The notes under the pieces: model-generated
Database searches by the model: none
Told to the model about the DNA's origin: nothing
The model's input: the letters and a program-made list of their open reading frames with translations, nothing else
Shown: in pieces, positions 31,987-39,664 of the stretch
How positions within the stretch are numbered: the first letter of the stretch is position 1
How the letters are laid out: every line of letters starts with the position of its first letter
Made by a program: the position numbers and the translations under genes
NCBI GenBank assembly: GCA_943704425.1
Contig: CALSCP010000313.1
Span: 66,910 to 106,573, forward strand
Direction: 5' to 3'
Source: Ministeria vibrans ATCC 50519
Lineage: Eukaryota; Protista; Filasterea
DNA: 39,664 nucleotides

Positions 31987-32301
31987 CAGCAGAGTGAATG
32001 AACTGATTGAAGTCCATGATCATTGATCAATCTGATTTTTTGGTTAACAAAAATCGCATGTTCACGTTATCACGTTATAAGGCCTCATTTACTCGATGGC
32101 TCGTGACTAACGACTGACGAGTGACGACTGAATAGTGACTACTCACTGCTGAGTGCCATTTTATCCATTGTCTTACTCTGATGATCGCATGGCATTCACT
32201 GATTTCACTCTTTTTAACCTCTGATTAAGGTCTTGTCTCTTGACTCTTTTTCTTTTTTTTCTTTTTGACTCTCCCTCCCTCAACAACAGCAAATATTCGG
32301 C

Positions 32302-33503
32302 ATGTCGACTCCTGAAGAAATCAAAGCAGCCATGGGCCATGTGATGCAGCTCGTCAGCGGCCGCTGGGTGGCGCAGTGTGTGGGTGTTGCGGCGACCCTT
32401 CGATTTGCCGACTTCATCGGCGACAGCGCTATGAGCGCGGCCGAGCTGGCGGCCGCCGCGGGTACACACCCGGACGCGACCGGTCGTGTGATGCGTGCGC
32501 TCATCGCAGTCGGCGTTTTTACTTTTGAAGACGGCAAATTTTCCAACAACAACACGTCGAGAATGCTGGGCAGTACAGGCCCGTCGCTGCGCGGCCTGGC
32601 GCGCATGTTCACAATGGAGACTGCTTGGGATGCCATGTCTCACTTGGAGCACTCCGTGCGCACAGGAGAGAGTGCGTTTGAGCACAAGTTCGGAAAGAAG
32701 TGCTGGGAGTTGTGGGACACGGTAGGCACGGCGTGTCCTTGTTAGTCACGCGGTTCTGTCACTTCTCTCTTCTCTGTGGTGTTGCTTTTTACGTTAGTGA
32801 ATTGTGATTTGGAAGTTTATCTTTTTTGTTTTGTTTTTGTTTGTTTTTATTGTTGCGCCTCTTTAGGAGCGCAAGGAAGATGGCGCGGTGTTCAACGACG
32901 CAATGACCGCTCTGTCGAACGCGGACGGACCGGCGATTGCGCAGGCGATCAAGGCTGAGCTGGGACTGACTAAGGAGCGCATGTGCGACATTGGCGGCAG
33001 CAAGGGCATTCTGCTGTCGACGATTCTGGAGGCGCACGAAGGCATGACGGGCGTGGTGCTCGACCTGGAGTATGTTGTCAAGGACTGTGTGTCGAAGGGA
33101 CGTCTGGAGTTCCAGGCTGGCGACATGTTTAAGGAGGTGCCCGTGGCGGATGTGTACATTCTCAAGGTGAGTGTGTTTGTGTGTTTGTTGCTTTCCTCCT
33201 TTCTTATCATTTCTTTAGTACATTTTTCACGACTGGGACAACGCCGCAAATGTGAAGATGCTTGAGAACATGAAGCGCGCGAATGGCAGTGCGCGTGTTC
33301 TGGTGTGCGAGAACCTCGTTACGGAAAAACCTGAGGACAATTTCGCGACTTTCCTTGACATTGAGATGCTTGTCGTCACGACCAATGGACGCGAGCGCAC
33401 CCAAGCGGAGTTTGCCGCGCTTTTCCAGGCGGGCGGCTACGAGCTCGAACGGGTGCTTGCCACCTCCAGTGGAGTCAAGGTCATTGTCGCCAAACCACTC
33501 TGA
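32302..33503 (+). CDS. SAM-dependent O-methyltransferase (Methyltransf_2 with dimerisation domain); introns 32722-32866 and 33167-33218
   Basis: Helix-turn-helix dimerisation N-terminus, SVRTGESAF, FNDAM, CDIGGSKG, GDMF, LK|YIFHDW, DIEML, GRERTQAEF; splices in frame. Confidence 0.92.
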
Positions 33504-33859
33504 TGAATAAAAACACACACAATAAGGAGTATATGCAATCAATCAATCGTGCACACAGTCTTTGTGCTCGCAAAGCCTTATGTCTCTTCCAGGATATGGT
33601 GTTGCAACACCTTATGTTCCTCCCAAGATATGGTGTATCTGGTGCCTATCGCCTCACTTGTCTGGATTACTAAATTCCTCTCTCTTTTTTCAATCGGATT
33701 ATTGAGAGCATACACAAGACTGATTAAAACCCCTAAGCCCCCACTGGGGGTATGGCGTACCATTGTGATTGCCTCACTGGATAGCGTCGACACAGCACTA
33801 TGACCTGCCACTGTTCTCCCATGTTACCTCTAGAGTTTCGGTTGAGTTTGCAAGGCGGT

Positions 33860-33918
33860 CTGGCTGTGTCTTCGCGTGGTGACTGTATCATGAATGAATG
33901 CGTTGCATTTTTCTTCTT
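33860..33918 (+). repeat. Dispersed approx. 59-bp repeat, copy 3
   Basis: Matches 17433-17491 with about 5 mismatches. Confidence 0.85.
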
Positions 33919-34176
33919 GATTAATCAAAAAAAATATCAGTGTGTACTAGCTGTAAACTGTAATTATTTAATGTAACGTCAAACGAGAAATAAACGCGAA
34001 TAGTCAATGCTGATACAAAAAATAATCATTGCTAATAAAATTATCAACTCTTTATTAACCTAATATTTAAACACAAAAAATCCTTTCCCTGAAAATTGAC
34101 AAGAAAATAATAATAATAATTTTTTATGTAAACGTGTTGCAGAAAAATGCAAAAAAAAAGCAAAAAAAAGAAAGAA

Positions 34177-34262
34177 CTCTCTGGCGGGGAATCGAACCCC
34201 GGTCTTCCACGCACTGTTACAGAAGTGACAGGCGGAGATACTAACCACTATACTACCAGAGA
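34177..34262 (-). tRNA. tRNA-Asp: tRNA-Asp(GTC) with 14-nt intron (34212-34225)
   Basis: Acceptor stem TCTCTGG/CCAGAGA, D arm TAGTATAGTGGTTAGTAT, anticodon stem TCCGC/GTGGA, T arm CGGGGTTCGATTCCCCG; intron at canonical 37/38; downstream poly-T Pol III terminator. Confidence 0.93.
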
Positions 34263-34362
34263 AAATTACTCACTGAAGAGACTTAGGCTTATTTTGGTAT
34301 ATAAATTTTACAAAAAAAGAAATTTTGATAAAAATGTTGCATTAAAAAGCAAAAAAAAAGAA

Positions 34363-34448
34363 CTCTCTGGCGGGGAATCGAACCCCGGTCTTCCACGCAC
34401 TGTTACAGAAGTGACAGGCGGAGATACTAACCACTATACTACCAGAGA
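34363..34448 (-). tRNA. tRNA-Asp: tRNA-Asp(GTC) with 14-nt intron, second identical copy
   Basis: Identical to 34177-34262 at a 186-bp offset, including about 40 bp of upstream flank with a TATA-like element. Confidence 0.93.
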
Positions 34449-34925
34449 AAATTACTCACTGAAGAGACTTAGGCTTATTTTGATATATAAACCTATTTTC
34501 GTATTGTCAATTGAAATTGGCTCAGTACGTTCGTATCCAGTATACACAGAAACTAAGAACTCAAACTGTGTATAAAGTCTAGGTTTTCACCTTCATCTAT
34601 GATATATATTTAAGAAGAAAAAGAATTGATCTTTTTTTTTTTTACACACACACTCTCTTGCAAATACGCCTACATGTAGTTGGTCTGCACTATGCAATCC
34701 ATATGCTCATCCAAAGCAACATGTATAAAACGGATTGATACGATTGTCTTTCGTTTGAGCATAGTGCACTTCTTTACTAATTTTTTTCATTCTCTTCTTT
34801 CTTTGAAATTATAAATACATTGAGTACAGCTCTGAGCTCTCGATTTTCTATTGATTTTTCTTATTATTATAATTTTATAATCCTTCTTTTGTACATTGCG
34901 CTCATCGCTCATATTGTATTATGAA

Positions 34926-37397
34926 TTAAAAATCCTTGGGTGCAGGTCGCTTAAGTACAATTCGAAGTTTCGTCGACGAGGTACTGGCTTTCTCGGACTC
35001 AATGGTCCAGGCACCAGTTGCTGCCACGGTCGCAGCCACGCTTGTCGCCGTCGTGGTTTGTGTTGGTTCCGTCGCTGCTGGGGTAGATTTCGCAGGCGCC
35101 GTTGATGTCGATGTCGAGCGACGCTCTCGCTTGCGACCTGTTGTCGGAGGTGTGGCCGAAAGCGCCTGTTCGAGGGCGCCGCCATTCTCCTGCATGAGCT
35201 TCTCCTGCAGCTGCTGCCACTGGTGCTGCAGAATCACCTGGTGCTGGCTCTGGTAGTGAATCCAGTCGGCAATGAGAATCGACCGCGCCAAGTCAGCGTC
35301 CGCCTCCGCCTTGAGCATTTCAGCAAACTTGGTTGAGTCCATGGGGAAGTCGCGTGGCGCAAAGCCAGGCTCATCCTCAAACTTGAGCTGTTTCAACAAG
35401 TGCGGGTGCTGACCAAAGAAAGAGCAAGCAAGTGTCGACGAGCCTGCACCGCTCCCGTCGGCACCACCACTACCACTACTACTACTGTTTCCGCTTCCAC
35501 TGCTGTTCGTGGGTGTTGCACTACCGGCACTCCCAAACAAAGTGGAACCGCGTCGTGTCGGTGGCGGAGTCTCCACCATGCCACTTCCGCCATCGGTCGT
35601 GCCCGTCGCCGCCGCTACTGCGGCAGCCGTCGCTCGTCGCGACGAACCCACCATGGACCCTTGAAAGAGGGCAAATCGTGTGCGTTCTGCGTCAGCCAGT
35701 GGCGCATGTCGCTTTTCAAAGACCTCATCGGTTAACAACGATGCGTCCTCCGAGCACGCATCGTCCCCCTCCTCCTCCTCCTTCTCCTCCTCTTCGTCTG
35801 CCGGCTCCGTCTCCTTCTTCACAACGACAAACTTGGGCGTCGCAATCTCCTTGTAGTGCAGCTCTTCGATGCGCGTCGACGCCATCGACGCCGGCACCAC
35901 AATGTTGTTAAAGTCGCATGCGTCGAGCCGTCGGCGTCGGTTCAGCGATGACATCACGGCCGACGTCAACGACGCCTCAAGCACGGGCGCGCCTTCCAAC
36001 AAACCATTCGTCGAGCCCGCACCACTCGTGTCCATTGGCGTTGCACTGGTAGACGACCCAGAAGCAGCACGGCTTTGGCCTCGTCGCCTCTTGGGGGGCG
36101 CCCGTCGACTCGCAGCACCATCACCAGTGCCGCCCAGGGCCACAGGAAGACCACCAGCGCCACTGTCGTGGCGTGGACGTCTTCCAAAGCCCCGATCAAT
36201 GGGCCCGAGAAACCCGTTGTCGTCGTCGTCCTCTTCGGCAAACTCCAGCATCAAGCTGTAGTCCGCCTCGGTCAACACTGGCTGGCGATGCTTGCGCAAC
36301 TGTCGTTCGTCGTTTGCCTCGGCATCACTCTTCTCATCACTGCCACTGCCCTCGTCGCTATCGTCGCTGTCGTCATCGTTGCCTTCATCGACTTCGTCCT
36401 CCTCTTCGTCTTCTTCTTCTTCTTCCCCTTGTTCTTCCCCTTCATCCTCCTCCTCCTCCTCCTCGTCGTCGTCGTCGTCGTCGTCATCATCATCATCGTC
36501 ATCATCATCATCATCATCATCATCCTCATCATCAAGCACTGCACGCGCTCCGTCCTCAGTCTTGTTGGCAACCGTCTCCACGATAACCTGCAAAGCCTTT
36601 ACGCCCTCCCCGCCACCACTACCGCCGCCGCGACCACCATTGTCATCGTTGGAGCTCGAATCAATCTCCATGGCAATAGCGGCCGCCATGGCTGCCGTGG
36701 ATGCTTCAGACTTCTTCCTCAACGACTTCTTCGGCGTTTGCGCTGTCGAAGGTGTCGCCAACCCAGAAGAGGAGGCAACGAGACGTGCAGACTCTACGGC
36801 ATGGCGCTTGGCGGCCGCACGCGCCTGCTTCCCCGACAGTGTACGCTCGCGCAGTCCCCGACTCTTGCGACGTCGCTTCCCCCGATTATTTTCATCCTCA
36901 TTATCATTATCACCGTTTTGGTCGTCGTCGGAGAGGCCAGATGAGATAGACAGGTCCGCCTCGGACGTGGCCAACGACGATGACGAGGAAGAAGACGTGG
37001 TCGATGAGGCCGACGAGACAGACGTGCGACGCGAGCCGGTTGCAACATCCTGAGGTAACCGCGAACGCAACCAATCTGCATTGAGGCGTTTGAGATCACG
37101 TCGAGCGGCCGCCAGCGAAACACCCTTCTTGCGGGTCTTGGTCGGCAAAGGAAGAAGCGGCGGCGGCAAGCGACTACGCCCCGCACCTGCATACACTGTC
37201 GTTATCACACTCGGCTCGTGCTCCGACGACGAAGCCTTTGTAGTTGTTGTTGTCCGTGCGGGTTCCACGTTGCTCACAATTGAGTCGTGTCGCAGTTGCT
37301 GAGACCGTCGCAGTAGTCGCCCAAACGAAGGCACGTCTACAAAATATTAATAAAAAGGTCATGAATAAGTATAATAATAATAATAATAATAATAAAA

Positions 37398-37433
<36 letters not shown>

Positions 37434-37434
37434 A

Positions 37435-37505
<71 letters not shown>

Positions 37506-39465
37506 CTAATATAATAATAATAATAATAATAAAAACAGAGCGACAAGAATCCAAAAAAAGTGTACCTCGGGCGACACTGAGAGTGGGATGAAAACAGGGA
37601 GACATTTGGGCAATTTGGTCGGGAAAGGCCGCGCCACAGAGAGAGACGGGAGATAAAATTGAGCCAAGACGGATCAGCTCATCATTGTCCAGACGGCGTC
37701 GCTTGGCGGGCCGATCGTGTGCAGACGCCACCGTCTCCTCCTCCTCCTCCTCCTTCACTTTGTTTTTTTCGTCACCCACCGCCGAAGCTGCCACGTCAAT
37801 GTCCGCATCGGTTAGCGCACGCAGCTGCTGATCGACGCGTCGTTGCTGCAGAACAAGCCAGTCCCAACGACTGGCAATTGCTGCGCGGTCTTGGATCCAT
37901 GTGCGCAGCGACACGTCCGAATAGCTCGTGATGGGTACTGATGTGGGCCCAGTCGACGCTGGAGGGGCCACATCAAGGCCAGCAGCAGCTCCCTCTCCAT
38001 CGCCACCACCACCACCAACAACAGCACCACCATCACCACCACCATTACCAGAAGTAGTAGTGGTGGTGGTGGTAGTCGTCGTCGTCGTCGTCGTAGCAGT
38101 AGTAGAAGTAGAACTGATCATACTCCGACTAGTCGTTGTCGTGGTTGTGGCAGGTACAGCGACACCAAAAGGAAGGGGAGTAGAAGGATCGGTTGTGGTC
38201 GCCGTAGCAGCGTTCGGGAAGGAATCGTCGTCATCGTCATCGTCAGAACCATCGCAAGAACTCGTGTCGGTGGCGTCATCTTCGAGCGCTCGGTCGAGAG
38301 CGTCCAATTGCACGACGACAGTCGCAGCCAGTTGCGGTGGAAGGTGTACAAAGTTGTCGACGGTGGCCGGCGACAAGTGCGGAGGATTGCCGGCGGTGGC
38401 GACCGGTGGTGCAAGTGGTTCAATGACAATAGGAGGAGGTGGAGCGCCGACTGAGGGCAGCGGAGGTCGTTGCGAGAGGTGCTTTTGAGAAACGGGTGGC
38501 GTGGATGGGGGCAGTGTCGAGAGTGAAGGACACGTAACAAGTGGTGTCGCTGCCGTTGCCGTCGACGTCGTCGCTACGGCTGCTACTGTTGGCGAAACTG
38601 TGGCTGTTGGGGCCTGGAGCGGGATTGAAGTGGCCCTTGTGCATACTGTAGGGGTTGTGGAATGAGAGAGCTGGGGTGAAGTGCCTTGTGTCATCGCCAA
38701 CAATGGCGGGTCCTGGCTTCGTCGTAGGGGCCCTTTGCGCTTTTCGAGTGCCGCGTTGGCCCCGCCTGGCTGGTAATATGGCTGGTAGAGGCTAGTGGAG
38801 GCGCTTCGAGCGTGTCTGGCGACCAAGGAGCGAAGTCGTGTCGATTGCGAAGAGACAACGGCGCGCAAAAGTTCCTCGCGTCTTTCGTCCAGTTCGGCAA
38901 TGCGCTCTAGAAGACGCTGAAGACGCTCGCCCTGGGGCATTGGAGACAAGGGACGCATAGGGGTGAAGGAACGGGCGTTGTCGGGGGCGTGGGGAGGTGC
39001 GACGTGGTCGTCGAGCGAACGGCCGTTTTCGCCAAATTGGTCGTCGGGCGCAGACGACGCACTGGCGGATCTTCGGACGCTCTCCGCCCGTGCAGTGCAT
39101 GGAGGGGTCATGGGTGGGAAGGAAAGGTCGTCGGCGCACGCGGCTTGTCGGTCGTTGTGGTTACTCGCAAGCGATTCGCCTGTGCCCCTTGCCGAATCCC
39201 CATGGGGTTGCGCCTCTGTTGCCGCATGGGACCCCTCGCCGTTGGCCTGCGCTGCGTTTGGGGCGGTCGTGCCGACAGCGCTCTCAGCAGATCCCAGCGA
39301 TACAGGCGAATCCAGCGCGTTCACTGGCGCCACGCCATTTGCGTCCATACTCGACGACGGCCCTCGGTCGACGCACCCCAACGGCGCATGGAGGGCGCCA
39401 TTTCGAGGCGGCTCGCAGCCATTTGAAACTGCATGGACTCGTCCACCGACACCGCCACCCGCCAT
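34926..39465 (-). CDS. KANSL1: KAT8 regulatory NSL complex subunit 1 (KANSL1/NSL1) homolog with PEHE domain; intron 37337-37565
   Basis: DDATDTSS, WIQDRAAIASRWDWL, FHPTLS, DFNNIVVPASMASTRIEELHYKEIATP and LTDEVFEKRH...ER match KANSL1 conserved blocks in order. Start codon uncertain. Confidence 0.85.
37370..37531. repeat. Intronic (TAA)n microsatellite
   Basis: Seen directly in the KANSL1 intron. Confidence 0.95.
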
Positions 39466-39664
39466 GAGAGACACGCGCGCTTCTCTTGCCTTCTCTCAGC
39501 GACCTTCCCACCCCAGCGAGGCTCGGGTGCGAGACAAGCGAAGCGGTGAAAAGCGAGCGGGCGTGTGCGAGTCGCGGGGCGAGGGAGAGAGCGAGAGCGA
39601 GAGTGGCCGAACTCCAAAGAAAAAAAAATGAGAAATATCTTACCAGAGAAAAAAAAAAAAAAAA

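Noticed and set aside
34147-34575. 142-aa ORF with an internal duplication
   Set aside because: Antisense translation of the tandem tRNA genes.

Overview
Gene-dense eukaryotic scaffold with short GT-AG introns, microsatellite-rich introns and three N gaps. A multidomain receptor tyrosine kinase together with KANSL1, ELYS and CLIP3/4-like genes suggests a unicellular holozoan or similar protist (inference). Housekeeping genes: SLC44/CTL, ankyrin-CAP-Gly, ELYS, ACSF3, AIR/ZCCHC7, MFSD5, an O-methyltransferase, KANSL1 and two tandem intron-containing tRNA-Asp genes. The standout is an intronless three-gene block at 3427-9347. It contains (i) a zeta-class (CDCA-type) carbonic anhydrase, (ii) a single-chain fusion of DabA (DUF2309, beta-CA-like, all four Zn ligands present) and DabB (NuoL/MrpA-like membrane subunit), which is the prokaryotic DAB/MpsAB energy-coupled inorganic-carbon pump, here with an N-terminal extension resembling a mitochondrial presequence, and (iii) a small membrane protein tentatively of the sideroflexin/mitochondrial-carrier type. 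This may be a horizontally acquired eukaryotic CO2/bicarbonate-handling module. All family assignments come from motifs recognised by eye; no database searches were run.
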